Source: Candidatus Giovannonibacteria bacterium (GTDB taxonomy: Bacteria > Patescibacteriota > Minisyncoccia > JACPKW01 > UBA11713). Taken from it: DNA of 64,000 nt. The DNA is taken from the NCBI GenBank assembly GCA_016186825.1, contig JACPKW010000001.1:13508-77507 (forward strand), given 5' to 3'. Below, one piece after another: positions 56,576 through 64,000 of this stretch (position 1 is its first letter; each line of letters starts with the position of its first letter). Under the pieces are notes generated by a model. The model was not told the origin of the DNA, ran no database searches, and saw only the letters and a program-made list of their open reading frames with translations. The translations under genes and the position numbers were made by a program.

Positions 56576-58060
56576 TTACTTCGAAATTTTCTGGAATATT
56601 TCTTTCAAAATTTGCGGGTTTGCGCCGATTTTTTGATTTTTTGCTTCTCGCATCGCTTGCCCGATCAAAAATTGAAGTGAAGCTTCCTTCCCCTTTTTAT
56701 AATCCTCTAGCGCCTTGGGATTTGCATCTATTACCCTTTTTACAATTCCTTCGAGGCTTCCCGTCTCGCTAGTCTGCAATTGCCCTTCTTGTATTGCGAT
56801 TTCAGTTGGATCACCCCCCCTTTCTGTCATAATTCTCAAAATATCCTTCGCACCGCGCGAGGAAATTTCACCGAGCGCTGACATTTTAATAAGCTCTCCA
56901 AAATTTTCAGGACTCATTTCCAAATTTTCAATCGAAAGCGCCAATTCTTTAAGAAGCCCTACCAAATCAGAAGTGATATAGTTTACGGCAAGTGAGATAA
57001 TTTTTTCTTTGGGAACTTTGTCGATCCAGCGCTCCGCTTCTGAAACGACAGACTCAAAAAATTCAGAAAGTTTTTTATCATGAATAAAGATTTCAAGCTT
57101 CTCGCCTTCCACGCCGTACTCTTCGCGAAAACGCTCGCGCTTTGCCAAAGGCAATTCCGGAAGCTCCGCCTTCAAAATCTCCGGCGCAAACTCCGGCACT
57201 TCGCTCAATTTCAAAGGCGGCAAATCCGGCTCTGGGAAATAGCGGTAATCATGCGCTTCTTCTTTCGAGCGCTGGGAAACAGTTTTTTGATGCGCATCAT
57301 CCCATCCGCGGGTCTCCTGTTTTATTTTCTCCCCCCTCCCGATAGCTTCGGCTTGACGGTTTATTTCAAAATCAATAGCGCGCCCTACGGCCCGAAATGA
57401 ATTTATATTTTTTACTTCTACCTTCGTCCCTAACTTCGAAAACCCGTTTCCAAGTTCATCCGCAGGAGCGATAGAAACATTCGCTTCAACGCGCATCTGC
57501 CCTTTTTCCATATCGGCATCCGAAATTCCAAGATATCTCAAAATCAACTGGAGCTCCTCCGCGAACTCAACAGCTTCAGCGGCTGATTTCATATCCGGCT
57601 CCGTAACCAGTTCCATCAACGGAACACCCGCGCGATTAAAATCCACGAGCGTCGCTTTGGAATCATTATCATGCACATTCCGCGCAGCATCTTCTTCTAA
57701 ATGCACGCGCGTGATTCTAACCTCCTTTCCTGACGGCAATTTTAAAACTCCCGCGCTTACAAGCGGGTGCAAATACTGGGAAATCTGATATCCCTTCGGC
57801 AAGTCAGGATAAAAATAATTTTTTCGGTCGAAACGCGAATCGTCCGCAAGTTTCGCGCCTAAAGCCGCGCCCAACGTCAAAACAAGCCTCACAGCTTCTT
57901 TATTCATCAGGGGAAGCGTTCCGGGATGCCCCAAACAGATTGGGCACAAATTCAAATTCGGACGCTTTTCCAATGGATCATTCAAGCACTCACAAAACAT
58001 TTTCGTTTTGGTTTTCAGCTCGGCGTGAATTTCTAATCCTATGGTTGGCTCAAATTTCAT
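56576..58060 (-). CDS. gatB: Asp/Glu-tRNA amidotransferase subunit B
   Basis: IGLEIH, RKNYFYPDLPKGYQISQ, YRYFPEPDL. Confidence 0.97.
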   Translation of the reverse strand: MKFEPTIGLEIHAELKTKTKMFCECLNDPLEKRPNLNLCPICLGHPGTLPLMNKEAVRLVLTLGAALGAKLADDSRFDRKNYFYPDLPKGYQISQYLHPLVSAGVLKLPSGKEVRITRVHLEEDAARNVHDNDSKATLVDFNRAGVPLMELVTEPDMKSAAEAVEFAEELQLILRYLGISDADMEKGQMRVEANVSIAPADELGNGFSKLGTKVEVKNINSFRAVGRAIDFEINRQAEAIGRGEKIKQETRGWDDAHQKTVSQRSKEEAHDYRYFPEPDLPPLKLSEVPEFAPEILKAELPELPLAKRERFREEYGVEGEKLEIFIHDKKLSEFFESVVSEAERWIDKVPKEKIISLAVNYITSDLVGLLKELALSIENLEMSPENFGELIKMSALGEISSRGAKDILRIMTERGGDPTEIAIQEGQLQTSETGSLEGIVKRVIDANPKALEDYKKGKEASLQFLIGQAMREAKNQKIGANPQILKEIFQKISK

Positions 58061-58232
58061 GACCAAATTTTAGCAGTTTTTAACAAAAAATTCGAATAAT
58101 TGCTGTCCGTGCGATTGCCTATTTGCATTATGAAACCAAATTATCCTAGAATAGAAAATCCTCGCGCAAGAATTTATTTAAAAAACTTTTGCTAGATTAA
58201 AATTACAAACTAATAACTATCGACATTAAGCT

Positions 58233-58802
58233 ATGTTAAGCTATACCGATCTAACCCCCGGGACTCAATTTATCCTCGACGGCGAGCCGTACGAAGTTTT
58301 GGATTATCAATTCATCCGGATGCAGCAAAGAAAACCCTCCGTTCAAACCAAAATAAAAAATTTGATTTCGGGGAAAATTGTTGCAAAAACTTTCCAGCCG
58401 TCCGATGTTGTGAAAGAGGCAGACATTGAGCGCGAAACCATCAAATTCATTTACGCTCATCGTGGCGAGTATATTTTTCAAAAACCGGACAATCCAAAGG
58501 AAAGATTCTCGCTTCTGGAAAGTCTTCTCGGCAACTCGGCAAAATATTTAAAGCCCGACCTTGAAGTTACGGCATACAAATTCAATGAAAAAATAATTAA
58601 TATCGAACTTCCCGTAAAAATCGACTACAAAGTTAAAGACGCGCCGCCAGGATTCAAAGGCGACACTGCAACGGGAGGAAATAAATTAGTCACGCTGGAA
58701 AACGATCTTCAAATCAACGTTCCGCTCTTCATCGAAACTGGCGACGTTGTTAGAATCAACACGGAATCCGGCGAATACACCGAGAGGATCAACAAAGCCT
58801 AG
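58233..58802 (+). CDS. efp: Elongation factor P
   Basis: PGFKGDTATGG.K, VPLFI..GD, GEY. Confidence 0.93.
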   Translation: MLSYTDLTPGTQFILDGEPYEVLDYQFIRMQQRKPSVQTKIKNLISGKIVAKTFQPSDVVKEADIERETIKFIYAHRGEYIFQKPDNPKERFSLLESLLGNSAKYLKPDLEVTAYKFNEKIINIELPVKIDYKVKDAPPGFKGDTATGGNKLVTLENDLQINVPLFIETGDVVRINTESGEYTERINKA

Positions 58803-58803
58803 C

Positions 58804-59019
58804 TTAGAAAAGGATCACTAAAAGCGCGGCGAGCGCCGAAACAGAGCCCGAGAGCACTAAACTTGTCGTAAACGGAAAATAAAATTTGAAATTGTTTTTT
58901 GTAACGAGCATGTCTCCAGGCAGCCTCCCTAAATTTGAATTTTGAAAAATGATCGTAAAAATTCCCGCGACGACCAAGAGAACAGAAAGAAAAATTGCAA
59001 CTTTTCCTAAGCTTGGCAT
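58804..59019 (-). CDS. DUF2905 family membrane protein
   Basis: LGRLPGD..FYFPFTTSLVLS. Confidence 0.85.
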   Translation of the reverse strand: MPSLGKVAIFLSVLLVVAGIFTIIFQNSNLGRLPGDMLVTKNNFKFYFPFTTSLVLSGSVSALAALLVILF

Positions 59020-59022
59020 TTA

Positions 59023-59313
59023 CTAATATTTAATGCTGAAATCATTAAAATTTTCTGGCAGACTGATTTTCTCAATTAAATGCCGCTCAACTCTCGCAAA
59101 AATAGGCCCGTGCTTCGCCCATTCGAATAGTTCGAGTACTTTTTCATGCCCCCCTTTTGCGATTATTTCCACAGAACCGTCAGGCAAATTTTTTACATAA
59201 CCCGCAAGTCCCATCTTTCGAGCCCTTCGGCAGGCTGAATCTCGAAAAAGAACCATCTGCACCCGTCCGTAAACGAGCATGCGATCGTATAGAGTTAAAT
59301 TTTCTTCCGGCAT
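59023..59313 (-). CDS. acyP: Acylphosphatase
   Basis: GRVQ.V.FR, GYVKNLPDGSVE. Confidence 0.88.
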   Translation of the reverse strand: MPEENLTLYDRMLVYGRVQMVLFRDSACRRARKMGLAGYVKNLPDGSVEIIAKGGHEKVLELFEWAKHGPIFARVERHLIEKISLPENFNDFSIKY

Positions 59314-59365
59314 TATTTAAATTTTCTTAATTTTAGTATATACTAGATAGACGTTCACTTAAATC

Positions 59366-60052
59366 ATGAAGTTACAACACGTTGCGATTATTCCGGACGG
59401 AAACCGCAGATGGGCAAAAGCGCGCGGCCTTACGACTTTTAAAGGGCACGAGCAAGGGATGAAAACGATTGAAGATATAGCCCGCGAAGCCAAAAAACAA
59501 GGAATTAAATATTTAACAGCTTGGGGGTGCTCCCGCGATAATGTAACCAAAAGGAGCCCTGGCGAAGTAAGGTATTTATACAAGCTGTTCAAAGAACATC
59601 TCGAGCGCATGCTCAATGATAAAGATCTTCACAAGGATAAAGTGAGGGTTCGAGTTATTGGCGAATGGATGAAATTTTTTCCGAGCCCGCTCAAAACTGT
59701 CGCTAAAAAAATCGAGGAAGAAACAAAAAATTACGGCAACTATAATTTTACGCTCTTAATGGCATATGATGGAAAACGCGAAATGGCCGAGGCTTTTGAA
59801 AATGCGCAAAAAAAAGGGGCGAAGATCAAAGAATCGAATTTAAAAAATTATCTCTGGACAAAAGATCTGCCGCCCGTGGATCTCGTCATCCGCACCGGCG
59901 GAAGCCCGCACTGGTCTTCCGGATTTCTAATGTGGCATACGGCCGACTCTGAATTTTATTTTACAAAGACCTTTTGGCCCGCTTTTAACGTAAAGGAGTT
60001 CCGAAAAGCCATTGCTGAATACTACAAGGCGCTTCGAAACCACGGAAAATAA
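59366..60052 (+). CDS. uppS: Undecaprenyl diphosphate synthase
   Basis: HVAIIPDGNRRWA, DLVIRTGG, FLMW, WP.F. Confidence 0.93.
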   Translation: MKLQHVAIIPDGNRRWAKARGLTTFKGHEQGMKTIEDIAREAKKQGIKYLTAWGCSRDNVTKRSPGEVRYLYKLFKEHLERMLNDKDLHKDKVRVRVIGEWMKFFPSPLKTVAKKIEEETKNYGNYNFTLLMAYDGKREMAEAFENAQKKGAKIKESNLKNYLWTKDLPPVDLVIRTGGSPHWSSGFLMWHTADSEFYFTKTFWPAFNVKEFRKAIAEYYKALRNHGK

Positions 60053-60107
60053 CGTTGTCAAAAAAACCTCGAATTTAAGGGGTTTTTTTGTTAATTATGC
60101 AATAAGC

Positions 60108-60136
60108 TTGACTTTCCAGCCAGTCTAATATATAAT
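60108..60136 (+). promoter_or_regulatory. Sigma70 promoter TTGACT-N17-TATAAT
   Basis: Follows the uppS terminator (60061-60090). Confidence 0.7.
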
Positions 60137-60198
60137 TAATTCTTAATGGCTGGCTTATTCGCATGGCCGGCTAAAAAACAAAAAAGGAGGAAAGGAAA

Positions 60199-60810
60199 AT
60201 GCGAAAATTTCTGTTCTTAAACATTGTGGCAATATTGGTGGTTTTCGCGGCTTCTGCCGTGAGAGCTGAAAAAGAGGTTTTTGTCTCAAAAAACTTGTCA
60301 GTTAACGACAGCCGCCTCGGGCAGATTGGCTGTCTTTCAGCTTCTAGCTATCTGTTTGCGGCAGACAGCTGGGGGCGCCACAACAAGGATAAACAAACTT
60401 ATTCTGGAGGGTATCTGAGCACGTTTGTTCATGACAGGTGCTCAGGATATGTCATCCTCGACTCAGGAGTAAGTCTGTGGTTCGATGATCAAGCCTTGAT
60501 AGTGGACAAAAGGCTCAAAAAGGCAACCTTGGTTTATGAGGGCTGGATTTATGATTACTACCAGGGTTGGGTTTACATCGACGTCGACATGGCCTGGTAT
60601 CAAACTGCCGACGAGGTAACAAAGGGCAATTCATTTTGGGTGACCAGAAAGCCCTCGGAAATAGTCAAATCCCGTTTCAAGGGGGAAGCCCGGAGCGCCA
60701 ACTCGATTGGTGTCATCATTGTGAACGGAATTGACTTTGCGGCTGGGGACCCTGACGAGGACGCTTATATCTCGAAAGGAAATAACGTTCTCACGATCAT
60801 CCGACGCTGA
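60199..60810 (+). CDS. Secreted hypothetical beta-rich protein
   Basis: AAGGAGG SD, signal peptide ending VRA, downstream terminator. Confidence 0.7.
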   Translation: MRKFLFLNIVAILVVFAASAVRAEKEVFVSKNLSVNDSRLGQIGCLSASSYLFAADSWGRHNKDKQTYSGGYLSTFVHDRCSGYVILDSGVSLWFDDQALIVDKRLKKATLVYEGWIYDYYQGWVYIDVDMAWYQTADEVTKGNSFWVTRKPSEIVKSRFKGEARSANSIGVIIVNGIDFAAGDPDEDAYISKGNNVLTIIRR

Positions 60811-60915
60811 CGCCACAGAACCGGACAGGAGGCGGAGTGCGAAAGCATTCCCCTCCTTCCACAATTTAAACTCCGCAAAGCGGAGATTTTTTATATTTGA
60901 GACAAAATCGGATAT

Positions 60916-60944
60916 TTGACAAACGCGCCTTGTCGTAGTATAAT
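60916..60944 (+). promoter_or_regulatory. Perfect sigma70 promoter TTGACA-N17-TATAAT
   Basis: Exact consensus and spacing. Confidence 0.85.
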
Positions 60945-60968
60945 GAACAAAACTGCACTGGAGGCTAA

Positions 60969-61130
60969 ATGAAAATTTCAACAGCCCTAATGCTCCTGAT
61001 CGGAGTCCTGGGCTTTCTGTACCTATTCCTCTGGCGGCCACTGCTCCCCGTGCTGGAGCGTAAGGCCGCCGATTACCGGACACCGTCCCGCTCGGAGCTC
61101 GCAGAGCTCGAGCGGCTTGAAAAACGTTGA
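60969..61130 (+). CDS. 53-aa single-TM protein (not in ORF track)
   Basis: GGAGG SD; MKISTALMLLIGVLGFLYLFLWRPLLPVLERKAADYRTPSRSELAELERLEKR. Confidence 0.7.
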   Translation: MKISTALMLLIGVLGFLYLFLWRPLLPVLERKAADYRTPSRSELAELERLEKR

Positions 61131-61310
61131 ACTTTCGATCCGCAGGGGGTGCTCATTTCCTCCTACCCCTGCGGAGTAACCTCCGGGAGCTGACTGAAAA
61201 GTTGCCCGATCAGCCAGCTCTCGGAGCACACAATTTTCCCTGACACGTTCGGGGAATTTTCTTTTGTCGTTAATTACTGTTTGAATCCAAAACACCTCAA
61301 TACCTAAAAT

Positions 61311-61346
61311 GGTACCATCTCCCCACGATCGCCCCAAGATGGTACC
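61311..61346. repeat. 36-bp palindrome family A, upstream of PaaX/Cas2-like gene
   Basis: GGTACCATCTCCCCACGATCGCCCCAAGATGGTACC. Confidence 0.9.
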
Positions 61347-61355
61347 ATTATAACA

Positions 61356-61898
61356 ATGAAAGGATACGGGAAAATTTCAGGAAAAATCCTAATGCTCCTT
61401 GCAAACGGAGTCGTTTTGGGATCAACAAAAGACAAAAAGGAGCGCGAAAAAATTTTGAGAGACTCTGATCGAATCTGGATGAGTTTTGACGCAAAAGTCC
61501 TAAATAGAATACTTAGACGTTTTCAAAAAAGTGGGCTGGCGGTTCAGAGAAATGAGAATGGCCGGCATTTATTTGCAGTCACAGAAACCGGCCGCAGAAA
61601 AGCTTTAGCATATTCACTCAATGATTTAAAAATTAAAATCCCTCGGAAATGGGATAAAAGGTGGAGAATGGTACTTTTCGACATCCCTGAACCTAAGAGA
61701 AAAAAGCGCGATGCTTTAAGGGACAAAATAAAACAACTGGGTTTTCTCGAGTTTCAGAAAAGCGTTTTTGTTTTCCCATACCCCTGCGATGATGAAATTA
61801 ATTCCATTATTAATTTTTTTGATATTGCGGAGAATGTCTATTGTATTGAGGCGTCAATCAACCCAGATGCTGAGCTTAGAAAACATTTCAAAATTTGA
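61356..61898 (+). CDS. PaaX-like wHTH + Cas2/VapD-like domain protein (paralog 2)
   Basis: WDKRWRMVLFDIPE..RDALRDKIKQLGFLEFQKSVF; clear paralog of 37391-37936. Confidence 0.85.
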   Translation: MKGYGKISGKILMLLANGVVLGSTKDKKEREKILRDSDRIWMSFDAKVLNRILRRFQKSGLAVQRNENGRHLFAVTETGRRKALAYSLNDLKIKIPRKWDKRWRMVLFDIPEPKRKKRDALRDKIKQLGFLEFQKSVFVFPYPCDDEINSIINFFDIAENVYCIEASINPDAELRKHFKI

Positions 61899-61917
61899 TG
61901 CACAGACATTGCTCCGA

Positions 61918-61953
61918 GGTACCATCTTGGGGCGATCGCACCAAGATGGTACC
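61918..61953. repeat. 36-bp palindrome family A, downstream of PaaX/Cas2-like gene
   Basis: GGTACCATCTTGGGGCGATCGCACCAAGATGGTACC. Confidence 0.95.
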
Positions 61954-61989
61954 TATGACTTAAATAGCAGTCTAAATGAAGCAGAATGG

Positions 61990-63501
61990 TTAATATTCCT
62001 CAAGTAGGCGGGTAAGGAGGCGCACCGGAGCGCCGGAGGCGCCCTTGGCAAGAAAATCTCCCTCCGTAGTCGTCATACGCGATGCGATATCTAGATGAAC
62101 CCACGGATAGGCTTCTTCCCCCTCTTTTGAATCTTTCACGAATTGCCACAAAAAGACTGCCGCCGTAATCGCACCGCCCCAGCGGAATTTTCCGATATTC
62201 GCCCAATCACCAAATGTTCCTTTGATATCATCCTCATAATCTTTTGAAAGCGGGAGCGGCCACACCAAATCTCCGGTTTCATCGCCAAGCCGCCGAAACT
62301 CCGCTTCTAATTTTTTATCTGACGTAAAAAGTCCGGTAAAGCGCGGGCCGACTGCAACTGCGGCGGCTCCGGTCAAAGTCGCAACGTCGACAACAAGGCG
62401 CGGATCATATTTTTTTGCATAGTGCAATGCGTCCGCCAAAATTATTCTTCCCTCGGCATCAGTATTCAACACCTCGATTGAAAGCCCCGACATGCTTCGT
62501 AACACATCACCTGGATGATAGCTCGATCCGGAAGGCATATTTTCAACGGCGGGAATCAGACCCACTATATTTTTCTTTAATTTTAAACGCGCAGCCGCGC
62601 AAATTGCATGAATTACGGCAGCGCCGCCCGACATATCCATATGCATTTCATAAATTGCGGTCTCTGGTTTTAAATTTAGTCCGCCCGTATCAAAAGTAAC
62701 ACCCTTCCCGACCAAGACAATCGGCTTTTGGCTTTTTGGGCCGTTAAAATATTCGAGCACGATAAATCTGGGCCGTTCCGCAGATCCCTTCGATACTCCG
62801 AGAACTCCTCCCATTTTTAATTCACGAATTTGTTTTTCTTCAAAGACTGTTATTTTTATTCCGACGCTTTTGGCATCCTTTCGGGCGTGTTCGGCAAGTA
62901 TTTGCGGCGTCATATCGCCGCCCGGAGTATTTGCAAGATAACGCGTATTATTGACCTCTTCTCCAATAATCGATCCCCGCTCAAAGCCCTTTTGAACATC
63001 CCTATCCACACTAGTATAAATTCCCTGAATTTCTTCCAAAAAGCTGAAGCCGTTTGCGGGCTCACTTTTGTATTTCGAAAATTCAAAATTAGCCATGAAG
63101 GCATTGGCGCTAATAACTTCATAAAAATCGCGAGTTTTCTCTTTGCTCCTCACGGGAGAAGCCCAAAATGCAAATTGTTTGATTCGCTCTTTTTTTGCCG
63201 TAATCACGGCAATACGCGTTGCGAGAGCCGCCTTTGGCGATGAAAACTTTTCACGTCTCGAAAGCCCCACTAAAATAATTTTTCGACCCAAGTCGCTTCC
63301 CTCCGAAGGAAGAATCAAGACCTTAGATTCTTTTTCCTTCAAAACAATATTTTTTGAAATGCCCCTTAGGTATTCCTTTTCGGGCAGATCGAGATATTTA
63401 AAAAGCGGCTGGGATGCAATTTCATCCCCCTCAAACATGAAAAAAACAAGAGGAATATGCCTAGGCTTAGGCTCCTTAAAGGCCCTAAAAACGATATTCA
63501 T
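61990..63501 (-). CDS. pepA: Leucyl aminopeptidase (M17)
   Basis: GKGVTFDTGG, NTDAEGR, ATLTGA. Confidence 0.95.
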   Translation of the reverse strand: MNIVFRAFKEPKPRHIPLVFFMFEGDEIASQPLFKYLDLPEKEYLRGISKNIVLKEKESKVLILPSEGSDLGRKIILVGLSRREKFSSPKAALATRIAVITAKKERIKQFAFWASPVRSKEKTRDFYEVISANAFMANFEFSKYKSEPANGFSFLEEIQGIYTSVDRDVQKGFERGSIIGEEVNNTRYLANTPGGDMTPQILAEHARKDAKSVGIKITVFEEKQIRELKMGGVLGVSKGSAERPRFIVLEYFNGPKSQKPIVLVGKGVTFDTGGLNLKPETAIYEMHMDMSGGAAVIHAICAAARLKLKKNIVGLIPAVENMPSGSSYHPGDVLRSMSGLSIEVLNTDAEGRIILADALHYAKKYDPRLVVDVATLTGAAAVAVGPRFTGLFTSDKKLEAEFRRLGDETGDLVWPLPLSKDYEDDIKGTFGDWANIGKFRWGGAITAAVFLWQFVKDSKEGEEAYPWVHLDIASRMTTTEGDFLAKGASGAPVRLLTRLLEEY

Positions 63502-63570
63502 ATGGAAAAAATAATAACAGGCTTTTCAAATAATTAAAAGCCGCTCGGAAATTCCAATCAAAAAGAATGG

Positions 63571-64000
63571 CTATGAGATTACGCCGATCACGGGAATACG
63601 CGAGAACCAATTTTGAAGCCCCAAAATTTTTCCTGCTTGCACAGAGGCCAGAAAAAGAAGAGCGGCAGCATATATTATATGCTCATCGACAATATAAGAG
63701 TGCTCGCCAACAATTGGAAACTCCAAAATAGGCAGATAATAAAGGAACATTAAAATTACACCTAGACTTGCGGACAATCTGACTCCGATTCCGAGAATCA
63801 ACGAGACGCCAAGAAGCGCCAAACCCCATTCATTAACTAAATTTACCCAGCCGATGTTTTGGGCCTGCGAAAACCAATTAAAAAGTTCGGGCAATGTTTT
63901 TGCGCCTTTCATATAACTCTCGGCAGTCCAACTCGGATTTAATATCTTTGTGACGCCGGCGTAAAGCATTAACCATCCGAGCGAAACTCTCAGGAAAAAA
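63571..64000 (-). CDS. DoxX family membrane protein (5' end outside window)
   Basis: LRVSLGW.MLYAG..K, HSYIVDEH. Confidence 0.8.
   Translation of the reverse strand, partial: FFLRVSLGWLMLYAGVTKILNPSWTAESYMKGAKTLPELFNWFSQAQNIGWVNLVNEWGLALLGVSLILGIGVRLSASLGVILMFLYYLPILEFPIVGEHSYIVDEHIIYAAALLFLASVQAGKILGLQNWFSRIPVIGVIS

Noticed and set aside
61311-61953. CRISPR array or cas locus (36-bp repeats plus a Cas2-like gene)
   Set aside because: Repeats are 571 bp apart or solitary, with no regular spacers and no cas1 or effector gene in the window.

Overview
AT-rich, gene-dense bacterial chromosome segment. It is most consistent with a Patescibacteria/CPR (Parcubacteria-like) genome; this is inferred from the intron-laden unlinked 16S gene, short Smc/DnaX, NusB-Nudix fusion and GT39 glycosyltransferases. 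Housekeeping genes: dnaX, serS, trmD, rpsP, smc, rnc, nusB, rpmF, rnhB, dnaE, thrS, miaA, gatB, efp, uppS, pepA. Also present: three tRNAs (Gln, Ala, Ile), a CsoR-controlled metal operon with its operator, a cobalamin riboswitch, a sortase with a VPYTG substrate, three tandem Ddl-like genes, and a 16S rRNA gene with three insertions (helix-17 IVS with a small ORF, group I intron at 788 with a small ORF, group II-like intron at 1399 with a LAGLIDADG ORF). Most unusual signals: (1) two stand-alone PaaX/Cas2-like genes, each bracketed by its own pair of 32-36 bp palindromes centred on CGATCG, with solo copies elsewhere; (2) a recombinase-less island at tRNA-Ala with attL / inverted attP / attR-like arms that make two cassettes potentially invertible; (3) a RAYT carrying REP palindromes inside its own coding sequence, with related repeats in housekeeping genes; (4) a small membrane ORF whose 3' UTR loop is complementary to its own ribosome-binding site.
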